Origin: Eledone cirrhosa
Taxonomy: Eukaryota
Reading direction: 5' to 3'
Length of the DNA stretch: 64,000 nucleotides
Assembly: GCA_964016885.1 (NCBI GenBank)
Contig: OZ024741.1
Span: 223,138,001-223,202,000 of the forward strand
In this document: piece after piece, positions 14,086 to 26,829 of the stretch
How positions within the stretch are numbered: position 1 is the stretch's first letter
Layout of the letters: each line of letters opens with the position of its first letter
Notes under the pieces: generated by a model
What the model was told of the DNA's origin: nothing
Databases searched by the model: none
What the model saw: only the letters and a program-made list of their open reading frames with translations
Program-made: the position numbers and the translations under genes

Positions 14086-14180
14086 CCGTATATACTCGAA
14101 TATAAGCCAAGGAATATGTGACAAAAAAACAAAACAATCGATGGTAAAACAGGGGACAGCTTATATTCGGGGTAAATAAT
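14086..14180. mobile_element. Left end of a Tc1/mariner-pogo (Tc2-like) non-autonomous element
   Basis: TA|CCGTATATACTCGAATATAAGC, with the inverted subterminal copy GCTTATATTCGGGGTAAATA at ~14159-14178. Confidence 0.5.
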
Positions 14181-14823
14181 TTAACGATTTTCACCAACTT
14201 CAAATTCTACGTAAATAAGGTGCTAAGATATCTGGTGATTATTTTAATGAAACAGTTTTTCTACATTTACTATTTCGTCGTGACTTTTCTTTATGAGAAC
14301 ATTCCCAGTAAACTTTCATTATTTGAACTTTTTAGTACATAAATATCCCGTATATATGCATATACGCACCGACTGTTTTTCTCTGTGACTTAATCATACT
14401 TTTTCTTTCAATTTTGTTTCGTTTTATTTCACTCGCTCGCCCGCTCCTCTATTTTTTTCTTGGTCTGCCTCTCCTCTATCTCTACTCTGAATCCTTATAC
14501 AGTGTTCTCTTAGTTGATCTCTTTCAACTATTCCCTATTCATTTTGATCCCCCCCCCCCCCTAGTGTTTTAAATAATCTGCATAACGGTTAAATAAAATC
14601 TTTTTTTTTTTTTTAATAATACCTTAAACTAAAAATATATCTCCATTTCTTTATATTATATTAATTTAGAATTTTCTTACGCTTTTTTTATTTTCTAAAA
14701 CAAAGAAATAAAAGTTTCTAAACTGTGGGAAGGGGTTGTCTTATTTTCACTTGCGGGTTTTGTACGTTAACGACACTTAAAACAATTTAAATATAAAAAT
14801 ATTAAAACTTCTTTTTCGCCTAC

Positions 14824-16150
14824 TTGTGCTGGAGATGGTCACTTGGGCAGAATCCTCAACCACTCCTTCCAGCGGGTCCTGTCAGAAGAAACTGTCTACA
14901 ACTGATCCGACTGGATCCCCAAGGGGGACCAGCCAAGCTCGTAGATGTTATCCAACCATCTTGCTCAGGGTCTACCCCTGGGTCTCCTGCCGGTTATTTT
15001 GCTCGTAAAATCTGTCCAGTGATTCTTTCCTGGGACATTCTAACCACGTCCATAGTATCGGAGCTGTGATCTTTCAATTTGGAGTAGTGGCTCTACCTGG
15101 AGTGACTCTCCAATCTCTGAGCTACGAACTCTATCCTTTGGAGGAACCCCATTTCGGCCGCTTGTGTATGCGATCGTATTCTTTCAGTCATTACCCAAGA
15201 TTCATGACCATAGGTAAGGGTTGGCGTGAATACCAAATTGAAGAGTGCGAGTTTGGCTTTTACGCATACCCCCCTTCTTCTGATTACTGAATGCTAAAGC
15301 TGGCGCATTTCTACACCAGCTCCTGCAATTCTTGCACTTAATTTAGCTTCCTGCTCTGTGGGTGGTGCAAGTTTATGCACCTAACAAGGAGTCCGAATAC
15401 AGGTCCTTCCTTGATGAAGTTAGTGTAGCATTAGATGTAGTTAAGACAGTCATATATCCTGATGGGAGACTTCAATCCACATGTTGGCACTGACCACCTG
15501 GCATGGAGGAAAGGAGTGATTGGAAGGAATGGCAACCCCCGATCTAAATATGAATGGAGAGGCCTTATTTGACTTCTGTTCTAGTAATGGACTCTCTATT
15601 ATGAATACCTTTTTCCAGCACAAAGTCATCCATAAATATACGTGGTATAAGGGGAATCAGGGACAGAGATGAATAATTGATTTTGTTATTGTCTCTGATC
15701 TGTTCGATTCTGTGCTGGATGTTCGTGTTAGGAGAGGGGCTGAGCTGTCAACTGATCACCATCTAGTTATCTGCAACTTGAGACTACCTAAAGCCAAAGA
15801 AGCCCACAAAACTGGCAGGTCCATGGCGACCTACAGGATAAAGTGGGATGCATTGGTAGATAAGGAAGTCAGGACCAGGTATGCAGATACTATTGCATCC
15901 AAGTTCAGAGAACTCCCGGAGCAAACTAGGGACGTTGAGATAGTGTGGAGATTGTTCAGCACTGCAGTTTCTGCTTCAACTGTAAAATGCTGCAGGTGAA
16001 AGAGGTTTGGTGTGGCGCCAGACGCCAGGAGGACACCTTGGTCAAAGATGCCATCCGGACAAAGAAAGTGGCTTACAAAGCTTGGCTTGGAAATAAGTCC
16101 TCTTTCTTGCACTTGCGGTACAAGCAGGCCCGAAGAATCGTAGCAAAGAC
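14824..16150. mobile_element. Fragments of a second RTE-like family: RT C-terminus on - (14824-15355), endonuclease on + (15360-16150)
   Basis: + strand LMGDFNPHVG, NTFFQHK, IDFVIV and VRRGAELSTDHHLV; - strand LTYGHESW and RPRGRP-like motifs. Confidence 0.75.
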
Positions 16151-17639
16151 AGTAAAATTTTGTTACAATAAAATTATGTTGGGAGATTTTCATATAAGTA
16201 TAAAAGCTTTAAAATGAGCGATTTTATACCATAGAACCAGAGGCAGTTTAGTATAGAAAGGGTTAAAGCGTTTATCACCATCATCGTCATATTATGGTAT
16301 CCAACTCACTGGGTTTTTATTTGTATCCTTTATTGATTATTCTGAAAATTATTTACTTTCAGTAATTGAAGTGTTTAGAGAAACAATTTTTCTTTTAATT
16401 TCATCTTCATTTACATGATTATATTTCTTGTCATCACTGGCGGCTCACCTTACCGAGGTGTCAGATGATGCCTGTGAAGTTGCCTGGTTATTTCAGCGCC
16501 TTAGCCTCGCGATCACCAGTGGTAATGCTGCGAGCGTGTTGGCTTGCCTCTAAGTGTGTAGTTAATAAGGTGTGGCCGATTGTCGCACTTGGTGGTGAAT
16601 CCCCCCCCCCCCCCTTTTTTTTTTCTTTCCTTTTTGTGTATTATATTTGATATATGTTTGTGTATTATATTTGTGAGGTTCCTAACAGTTGACTATAATT
16701 TACTTTTGTATATTTTCAATTAATGAAAGCATTTAAAGAACAGTTAGTTGTGTGTGTCTTTTCTTTACACTTCCATAAAGGAACTATTTACAATATCGGT
16801 GGCATCCTCCCAACCTAAACGAAACGAGAACGTCAATTTTAGGGGCCAGTGTTCGCCTGTTGTGCTACAAAAATGTACGAGATGCATTAGAAGAAGAAAA
16901 AAACATGGGAGAATAGAGTATGTGGTGTGTGTGTCTGGCCGGCACCCGGGCATTTAGCACCCTAGGGCTAACTTTACAATGTTCATCTCCTCCCAGTTAG
17001 GCACCCCATTTTCACAAATAAAATACTTTCAACTTACAGTTTGGTAAACTGACGAACCTAATTTTTGGCACGTCCTGCTCTGACCACAAACAAAATTGTT
17101 AAGCTTGCATTTTGTACTACGCAGCTTTGGGTATTTCCACAAAACTGAGTAGTATTAAAGAGGTTTAGCAATTTATTTATTCATCGCAGAAAATTATTAT
17201 ATATATAATTTGATAATACAAATTTGTGTAAAACTGTATGATACTTTATGGTTCAGTAATGCGCCTCTCTGATGTCAGCTCCCTAAGCAGTTGTCCATTT
17301 GGCCTTAATGGAAGCACCGGCCCTGTGTGCGTAAATATGTTTGTTTGAGTACGAGAGAGAGCATCCATCCTACGCTCACTCGTAACGTATATACTTCCAT
17401 TACTACCTCAAACCTTTTCGTCTGTCTCGCTTAGGATGTAAAACGTGTTTTCCAGGGATGGCGGGGTCATGTTTTAAACGAATCTGACTTTCAAATTATT
17501 CGTATTTTAGTTAAATCGGGGAGAGGAGCATCACATTCGTTCAAAGCATATAGGAAAAATAGACGGGTGTGATAGCAAAAATGTACCCAAACTAGAAAAT
17601 AACAATATCAACAAAAGCTTAAAATAGAAAATAACATAC

Positions 17640-17730
17640 TAGTTATCAAATCATTATCACTGGCATCAGACTCCTCCAATAAATTCTGTCTTTCGACTAA
17701 TCTCCCAGACTGATCATGTCTCCAGTCCAT
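17640..17730 (-). CDS. SV2-like MFS transporter, coding exon 1 (MDWRHDQSGRLVERQNLLEESDASDNDLIT)
   Basis: ATG in an aaaATGg context; 91-nt exon ending at a GTATGT donor in phase 1, matching the acceptor phase of the next exon; acidic N-terminal tail. Confidence 0.75.
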
Positions 17731-17924
17731 TTTAGCGATATTAACGTGCGTATCTTCTACTACCGAGTTACAATCCTGTTTATTATTTGACAGAAATAAT
17801 TGATAACAAACTTGTCTTCTATCACCGAGAGTTACTTCCGTTTCATTGTATACATGTGTAAATACTAGAATATGTTGATATTCACAGATTTACAGCTTCC
17901 TATAATTATTATGTTTGTGTAGGG

Positions 17925-18720
17925 TAACAGGTTGGAAGAGTCGATATAGTATCGGACAAAATGCTATGCAATATTTATTCCGGCTCTTTAGGTTCTCCAC
18001 GAGGCCAACTTTGCCACCCTTCCTAGAGTACTTATGTCGATATAGAAAACAATTATTATTTGGCAGTAAGGGTGGTGGATTGGCAGTATCGGTAGAGGGT
18101 CGGACATGCTTTCAAATCCCGCCGAGGTTAATTTTGTCTTTCATCCTTACGGGGTCGATAAAATAAAGTACCAGTAATGTACTGGATAATTGCTGGCCTT
18201 GTGCCTAAAGTAGAAACAATTATTTGGCAGTAAGGGCGGTGAATTGGCAGTATCGGTAGAGGGTCGGACATGCTTTCAAATCCCGCCGAGGTTAACTTTG
18301 CCTTTCATCCATACGGGGGTCGATAAAATAAAGTACCAGTAATGTACTGGGTAATTGCTGGCCTTGTGCCAAAAGTAGAAATAATTATTATTTGGCAGTA
18401 TCGGTAGAGGGTCGGACGCCATGCTTTGCAGCATAGAGTTACGGCCCTTTACGTTCTGAGTCCAAAACCCGCTGAGGTTAACTCTGCCTTTCATCTTTAT
18501 GGGGTCAATAAAGTAAGGCACAAGTAATGCACTGGGGTATTTGCTGGCCTTGTGCCAAAAGTAGAAACAATTATTTTGTTTGTGTGTGTTGGCAGAGTTG
18601 TTAAAGCATTAAGCAAATTCTTAGCAGTATTTGTTCCGGCTCTTTACGTTCCGGGTTCAAATCACCAAGATCAACTTTGTCTTTCTACTTCTAGGGTCGA
18701 TAAAATAAAATAAAGTTAAG
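17925..18720 (+). repeat. Head-to-tail cluster of about five tRNA-derived SINE copies
   Basis: repeated atttggcagt...ggtagagggtcgga...gaggttaactttgcctttcatcc...tgctggccttgtgcc.aaagtagaaacaatt. Confidence 0.85.
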
Positions 18721-19615
18721 TGTAGATGTCTACGGTATTGTTATAGATCACCCACATCGATATCAGTGGGAAATGATTATTTTTCCTCCAAACACGCTGT
18801 ATAGGATTTTTTCCAGGCAAAAAAGACCTGTGGGTAAGATTAGTTTGTAACACGAAAAAAAAAAAAAAAAATAACTATAAAGAAAACACTGGGATAGGGG
18901 TGGAAAGTCCCTGTTTTCGGGTGGGGGGTGGGGGGTCCTTTGCAGCATATTCAGATGTAAGATTAATTGAAAGCACAAGGAAAAATAAAAAGAAAAGGAA
19001 AAATAATTATTTTCCCTGAAATTGATGGGGGTGTTCTTTAAATTTACCTAATTGACTTTCCCCTCTTCATAAATTGCTGGCTTTGTACCAATGTTAAATA
19101 GAAAGAATTATGTGTTTGTGTATCATCGTCATCATCACCGTTTAACGTCCATTTTCCACACTATTATACGGGTTGTCCCATTTAGAGGCAAGTTGGGTTG
19201 GGTGACCGTGTCTCGATCATAAAGGACTGTTTCTGGCTAGATTTCTACAGCTGGATGCCCTTTCTAACGCCAACTACATTTATAGTGTGGACTGGGTGCT
19301 TTTTGTCGTGACTCTTACACAAACACTTTACTGTGTGGGAAGAATGTTTTTGTGATACCAACATAACTTTACAATGTAATTGTGGTGTGAACAGAAGTGG
19401 GAGGGGTATGGGGGTTATGGAAGGGACTACAGTGGATTAAGGGGTGTTTGAGTCCATGCGCAAAGGAAAGCGGATTTTCTGTATTACTGCATAACGCCAA
19501 AGATCTCGATCCTGTGTCAAATTAAATATATAATAATAATAATAATTGTTTCTACTTTTGGCACAAGGCCAGCAATTACCCAGTGTATTACAGGTACTTT
19601 ATTTTATCAACCCCG

Positions 19616-22600
19616 TAATAATAATAATAATAATGCTTTCTTTATTAACCACAAGGGTTTACACAAAGTAGACATTAAAGACAAAACACGACGGTACAAA
19701 TGGGCATTTCTGCATGTAAAAAAACAAAAAACAGGGGATGTAACAAAAAAAGAAACAATGAAAAATTCTCCAATAGGGGGGAGACTTCCGAGGAACATTC
19801 GTGGAGAAAGCCCATTAAAAAAGCCTCGGTGACCCTGACCACCAGGGCAAGTGCCCTCTCCCGGTTTTCCACCTTCAATTTACAGGCATATACTCAGAGT
19901 AGGTCCATTCACTCGGGCCATTCTTGCCTCTCTTACCCATCTTTCAACAAATGCTGGGAAGAGAGCACCTCCCTCTCTACCCTGATTTTCCTTTTTAAAT
20001 GAAATTTGAAAAAGTTAATCAGGGCATCACCGAAGAGGTAAGTGCTCGTCTTCAGCCCTTTCAAACGCGTCCACCATACTATCTCTTTCGCCATGGCCAC
20101 CAGACAGATAAAATTTGCTTGCCCTTCCCGGCTAAAGGAAGAGGGCGGAGCAATCCTCACGATGGACTCAGTTGATAGCTGGATCCGTCCTACACACGAC
20201 AGCAGGTGTTCGACATAAACCCGCAAGTCAGCAATGCTCGGACACTGGATGAGTGCGTGCAGGACGGTTTCGTCGCCCTGCGCGCATCTCGGACATCCTC
20301 GGCTGACGGCACCTCCATGCCTGTAGAGTTTATCCCGAACTGGCAAAGCTCCTCGGTAGCACTGCCAGGCCAGGGATTTCTGGAAGTTATCCATAGGCCC
20401 CGGCCCGAAAGTTCTTCCGAAGAGATTGGCTAGTTGATTTTCGTCGACGCCTAGAGTTTCCCCAAGTACGTCGTCGCTCTTCCCCTCCACTAATCCTCTA
20501 TAGAACGCCAAGGTGGAGTTTCCACCGATCACATTGCCCGATTGGTCGAGGGCTGTGAGCGCCTGAAGACATTCCAGTCTCCAAGCACTCCCTCTCGGTC
20601 TTCGCTTGAACCAGGACTGCAGCTCCGTCAAGGAGACGAGCTGGGGAAAGACGTGTCTATCAAACGGCGACCACACCTGATCACCGTCGAGGAAGAGGTG
20701 GAGATGTCGTAGCCTGAGCGCGTGTCTGCGCATCATCAGCCACGGCATGCCCAGCCCTCCACGTAGCGGGTGTTGACAGCAGATTGACCGCGCCCAAAGC
20801 CAGCCGCCCTCAGGACTGCCGCCAGATAACGATGGTCGACTCTATCGAAAGCTTTCGGCTGATCTAAATTGATCAAGGAGTCACCCGTGCCAGGTTCCCT
20901 AGTTATCCTCTCCACGATGTATCGCATGAAGTGGAGGTTGTCGTGGATGGACCTGTCGGGAATGCCGCATGTCTGCGCCTCTCCCACCAGACCACTAATG
21001 ACAAGCGCCAACCTCTTTGCTAGCACCTTGGCCAAAATCTTGAACTCTGTGTTTAGCAGAGTTCTGGGCCTGAAATTATCTATGTTATCCCCCTTGTTCG
21101 GATCCTTTCTCAGCAGCACCACAGCTCCTCAGCTCACAGAGCTGGGAATTCTCCCGTTCTGTTGCCAGTTGCAGTAGACGTCCGCCAAGAGGCCTCCGAA
21201 CAAGTCTGGCATCTGTACGTAAAGTTCATAGGGCAGACCATCCAAACCAGGCGATTTACCCCTTGTGCAGCCAGTCATTGCCTCCCGTACTTCAGTGGCT
21301 GTTATCGGCTTTTCGCAACACTCCGCCTCAGTAGCTGAGAGCCGCGGCAGACACTAAATTCCATCCCCCGATCCGGCCCACCGCTTCCCCCGAACAGCTG
21401 AACGAAGTGTCGCTGAAAAGCTTCACACATTTGCCTGGAATCGTGTAGCATGTGCCTGTCGTGGTCCACCAAAGACCGGATCGTGGCTTTGTTGCCACGA
21501 CGCACCTCCGCCACTCGGGCCCATTGAACGGCTTTCGTCCCTTCGTGAATGAGAGCGCGCATCCTAGCTCTGACAACGCAACCTTCATGCTTTGCATTGA
21601 AGAATTGGTCAAGGGCCAATTTCACCGCAAGTACGTCGGTCGCAATGCCTTTGCTAAGCGCCTCGCCTAATTTTCTAACTAGTTCTCCTTCTGCTCTATT
21701 TTTCTCTATTGCTAAAGCTTTACTAAACCTAATGGACTCTATTCTAATCGCTCTTTTCAGAGCAAACCACCACTTGTTGATGATGGCCCCCATCAATGCC
21801 CGCTTAACTAGTTCGCTAATCCGGTCTCTGTAGGCCTTGTGCGCTGGTAATAATGCGTTTAGCTTCCAGTAGCCGGGTCCTTGTCTATGAAGCCTATCTA
21901 AGTCAACCACACAGATCAGGAATTTGTGGTCCGTGTAGCTGACTATCTTGAATTGTGGACAGCCTATGCTAGACCTATCTATTTCCCTACAAAATACTCT
22001 ATCTAGATATGATCTGGATGACCCGATCGGTTTGTCCAAGTCCACATTGGCACATTCGGGAAATCCAATCGGTACCTGTCAGACAGTTCAAAACGCCTGA
22101 GCAGGTTGGTGAGGCTCTTGCACCCTCCTCCCCTATCCGCTAATCCCACACAGTACCAGCGTGCATCTAAGGTCCCGTTCCAGTCGCCCAGTAACACTAA
22201 AGAGCAGGACGTTCCAAGAAAGGTCTCCAGACACCGGAAGAAATCAGGCCGCCCTGCTCCTGTAGGGGCATAGACGGCCACTAGCCTGAAAGCTTGCCCG
22301 TCTCCGCTGGTCACGTCCAGCACCACCAACTTACCTTCTGGGTCCAGGAAGATGGCCCATATGGCGAGATCCAAACCTCTCCGAAAAAGCACAGCAACTC
22401 CTCCCCCCGATCCAGGACAGCTGGGAGATGCGTACACATCGTAGCCGCTGAAGATCGGTGCGAAGGCCCGTGCTTCGGAGATTCTAGTCTTGCTGATGGC
22501 CACCACATCTATGTTTAGTGACCTAAGGTCGTTGAGCAGGTGGTCCTGCTTCCATGACGACCCCAAGACTCGCACATTTATGCTGCTTATTCTGAATGAG

Positions 22601-25250
22601 GTCATGTTCAAAAAGGAATGGAAAAGATGGGAAAGACCACTTACCTTACTTCTCGTAGAAGAAGGATGGTTTCTCCATCCTTCTCACTATTTGTGGCCTC
22701 CTCCGGAAGGATGTCCTTATAAATCCTCCTGGAGAGTGCTTGTTGGAAGTCTCCGATGTCCTTGGGGAATTTTTGTTTTAGTCGCAAAGCGAAACCTACA
22801 GTCAGTAGGCACCTCTTAACCAAATATACACCCCAATCCACTACCCCTACCCTATCCTCCCACTCCCACCAACACCACCCTCTCTCTATAAAGTTGGTAC
22901 CACAACATCCAGTCCAAATAAATGAGATAAATGAGATCGAGATCGTGTAGGTGTCACGAGAAAAAACACACAGTCCACGCTGTAATGTGGTCGTGTAGGT
23001 AACATGGTAAAAAGTTCCTAGTTCCACACTGTAAATGTGGTTGGTGTTAGGAAGGGCATCCAGCCGTAGAAAACCTGCCAGATAGTCCTATATGAGCGAG
23101 ACATGGTCACCTGACCAACCTTGCCTCAAGTGGGACAACTCCCGTCTAACCCATGTTAGCGTGGAAAATGGACGTTAAACGAAGATGATGATGATGATGA
23201 TGTCGTGTACGTTTTCTGTGTGATGCGAGTGATTTGTATGTGTGGAGGTGGTGTGAATTTTTGGGGTGTTGTGTAGTCTTTTTCTGTGATGCTGGTGTTG
23301 TGTTGGATGTAGTGTAATAATTGGTTATTGTTCAAATTTAATGCTGTGTAGTGTGTATCGTTTTGGTTGTTTTGTTTTGTTTGCGTTTTTTGTGGGTTTG
23401 TTTCTGTTTTACTTTTTGGTGACTTTTGTGGTCTTGGTGATGGTGGTGTTGGGGTTAATGATGGTGATGGTGTTGGTGTTTGTGGTGATGGGGGTTGGTG
23501 ATGCTGGTGTGGATGGTGGCATAGCTGTCCTAACTTTTGTTAGTTTATTTGTTTCCTCCTGTATTTTGTTTTTGGAGGAGGAAGGAAGAACTTTTTATTT
23601 TTGGGGTTCTTTTTCTTTTTTTCTTTTTCCTGATACAGTTTCCCAGTCCTCGTCGTCACAATCTGTCTCCAGTTGCGATAGGTCGGGGAGTGGAAAATCC
23701 TCCACAGGCATTGGCTTTGGTTGTGGCGTGGTGGATGGTGGAGGCACTGGTGTTAGTTCTGGCGCGGTGGTGGTGTTGGTTTTGTTACTGTTGCTGGGGT
23801 TGTTGCTGCTATAGTTGCTTCTGTTGTTGCTGCCATTTCTGCTGCTGGTGGTGTGATAGTTGAGTCACTGGAGTGGGTAAGAGAGGTGGCCTCAACTTTT
23901 TAGCCTGAGGGCAGAAGGCCTTTAGGTGGGTACCTTCACCACAAATGACACACCTAGGCCTTCTGCCCTCGACGATCACGGTGAGGTGGCTGCCGTCAGT
24001 GAGGTCTATCACCTCTGGAATTTCCTCAATGTTTTTTGGGTCCTCTTGGATCAGGAGCACCATCCCAGATCCAGACCAGTTCTCCTGCTTTTCTTTTGTT
24101 ATTTCAATTATTTTCGTGTTGGACTCGATGCCGGCGAGGACGGCAGCCATTAGCCAGGGAATTTTGATGGCCGGTGGAACGTGGGTCATCCGGATCTTGA
24201 CGAGTCTCTGACCACAATAGCTTGGGACAAGTGTGAAGTCGTCGTTTCTTAATGGGGCCATGGAGTTCCCTCTGGCTTCCTGTGGTGTTCCATATTTCTG
24301 CCCACGTCTGATGTGGATTTTTTTTGCCCACACATGTCCCAAAGCTTTTTGTATTTAGGACTCGGATGCCCGTTCCACTCGGCGTGATTCTGTGTTTATC
24401 GTCCGATAAGACACGGTGCATAGGTGCCGATGCTCCATCTTATTAGGTGGTGAGTGGGGGTGGGGTGGGGGTTGAGGCTGACCCTGTACCCATTTATTTT
24501 TACCATTCTCTTGGCTTCATTTAATTCATCCTGGATTACCTCGATTGTTCCGCTTTGCTTGGCTGCTTTGGCAAACGACACTTTGTTTTTCGGTGGTGTT
24601 GATGTTGTTGTTGTTATTCTCATTGTTGTTGTTGCTGTTGTTGTTATTGTTATTTTTAGTTTCAGTTGTGGTGGAGGTGGTGGTGGTGTCAGTGGTGTTT
24701 GGCGTGGAAGAGTCGATTCTGGGTGAATCCGTTTTGATGTCACGAGATAATAATTTTTTTTTTTGGTTTCTGTTGTCACTATGGTGGTGGTGGTGGTGGT
24801 GGTATCAGTGGTGTTCGGTGTTCTTTTTGACATTGTGGTGGTGGGGGTGGCGGCTTTAACACCTGCAGTTATTGGTAATGGCGGGAAATCCATGTCTTTA
24901 TGCGACAATTCTAAATAATTTAGACTGCATTTAATTATATTTTCAGTGTTGGGAACCGTAGCAAGGCTTACAATGGGGTTGGAGGTGGGGGAGGGGGTTG
25001 TTGGTCTGTTAAAAACAGTAAATTTGTCGTCCATGTTTTTTTTTTTCAAAAAAATATTTTGTTTGATAAATAAAAAGTTTAAGTTTTGAGCTCAAGGCCC
25101 CAATATTTTTTGTGTCCTTTTCAGAAAGCAATATATGTGAACTTATAAACACTTAACAACAAAAAATTTCCATAACTGGCAATTTGAAACAACTGAAAAC
25201 AACAAACCTTTGTGGAGCTCACGTTAATACGATTTCCTACGTAGGTCGCC
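19616..25250 (-). mobile_element. Near full-length but inactivated Tx1/L1-clade LINE (ORF1 with CCHC knuckle; ORF2 with APE endonuclease, internally deleted RT and C-terminal zinc finger)
   Basis: ORF1 pieces 24396-25049 and 23809-24342 (CVICGEGTHLKAFC); ORF2 pieces 22003-22611 (SINVRVL, AVYAP, LGDWN), 21302-22045 (TDHK, GPGYWKLN), 20736-21122 (NFRPRTLLNTEFKILAKVLA, DQPKAFDRVDH) and 19933-20748 (CPRC...ETVLHALIQC); AATAAA followed by (ATT)n tail. Confidence 0.92.
22783..23202 (+). mobile_element. RTE 3'-UTR fragment nested antisense inside the Tx1-like ORF1 region
   Basis: near-identical to 57163-57645 and 12075-12475; (GAT)n tail. Confidence 0.85.
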
Positions 25251-26047
25251 AATAATAATAATAATAATGATTTCTTTATTAACCACAAGGGTTTACACAA
25301 AGTAAGGCATTAAGGACAATACAGGACGGTACAAATGGGCATTTCTGCATGTAAAAAAACAAAAACAGAGGATGTAACAAAAAAGAAACAATGAAAAATT
25401 CCCCAATAGAGGGGAGACTTCTGAGGGCCATTGTGGAGAAAGCCCATTAAAAAAGCCATGGTGACCCTGACCACCAGGGCAAGTGCCCTCTCCCAGTTTT
25501 CCACCTTCAATTTACAGGCACATACTCAGAGTAGGCCCATTCACTCAGGCCATTCTTGCCTCTCTCACCCATCTTTCAACAAAATGTTGGGAAGAGAGCA
25601 CTTCCCTCTCTACCCTGATTTTCCTTTTCAAATGAAATTTGAAAAAGTTAATCAGGGCATCACCGAAGTCTTTAGCCTTTTCAGACGCATCCACCATACT
25701 ATCTCTTTCGCCATGGCCACCAGACAGATAAAAACAGCCTGCCCTTCCTGGCTAAAGGAAGAGGGCGGGGCAATCCTCACGATGGACTCAGCTGATAGCC
25801 GGATCCATTCTACACGCGACAGCAGGTGTTCGACATAAACCCACAAGTCAGCAATGTTTGGACACTGGACGAGTGCGTGCAGGACAGTTTCATCGCCCTG
25901 TGTGCATCTCGGACATGCCCAGCCGACGGCACCTCCATGTCTGTAGAGTTTATCCCGAACTGGCAAAGCTCCTCAGTAGCACAGCCAGGCCAGGGATTTC
26001 TGGAAGTTGTCCTTAGGCCCGAAAGTTCTTCTGAAGAGATTGGCTAG
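25251..26047 (-). mobile_element. 3' end of a second copy of the same Tx1-like LINE, cut by the assembly gap
   Basis: aligns with 19616-20433 at high identity; same AATAAA-(ATT)n tail. Confidence 0.9.
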
Positions 26048-26247
26048 NNNNNNNNNNNNNNNNNNNNNNNNNNNNNNNNNNNNNNNNNNNNNNNNNNNNN
26101 NNNNNNNNNNNNNNNNNNNNNNNNNNNNNNNNNNNNNNNNNNNNNNNNNNNNNNNNNNNNNNNNNNNNNNNNNNNNNNNNNNNNNNNNNNNNNNNNNNNN
26201 NNNNNNNNNNNNNNNNNNNNNNNNNNNNNNNNNNNNNNNNNNNNNNN
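26048..26247. other. Assembly gap (200 N)
   Basis: run of N. Confidence 0.99.
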
Positions 26248-26829
26248 AGATGGCCAATTCCGTCCTGATAGCAGCAAGTATGGATGTGGTTCAGGGATGC
26301 AGAATGCTAGAAGTCTCAATGACAAACCTATTTGAATGGGGCTGTTAATTCAACAGCTTGTGATCTTCACCTTGTCAGATAATGCGGCGTGGGTCTGTCA
26401 CTGAATTCACTGGGTTGTTACTTATCAAAATGTTGCTTGTTAATACAGTCAGAGAGAGAGAGTTAAGGAAAGTGTGTGTGTGGGTGTGTTATCTGTCAGA
26501 GGAGTGGGTGGGACAAGTAATGCTAATAGACACAAAAATAAAATTAGTTGGGTAGGTTGACAAAGTGGAATGGTAAAGAAAAAAAGACATCTATCAAAGA
26601 AGCTTTGGTGTATAAGGTCAGTTCAAGAGTTACATTACAATTATTGATGGAAATATGAGAAAAAAAAAAGATCAAAACAAAAGCAAGCAACAAACAGAGG
26701 TGGAAAGGCGTAAAGAAGGACAGATCTGTCTGTACAAGAAAGTAGAGGAAAGGGCTTTAAATGAGAGGAAAAGGATGGAAAAAGTAAAGGCCATGGATGA
26801 AAGAGAGAGGGAAGGGGAGAGGGTGATAG

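Noticed and set aside
16936-17324. Possible hAT (Tip100-like) MITE ending ACCGGCCCTG
   Set aside because: The left TIR is degenerate and no convincing TSD is visible, so it is not supportable by eye
23341-24859. Hydrophobic V/L-rich plus-strand ORFs resembling membrane proteins
   Set aside because: Antisense to the low-complexity Thr/Pro/Lys-rich ORF1 of the Tx1-like LINE
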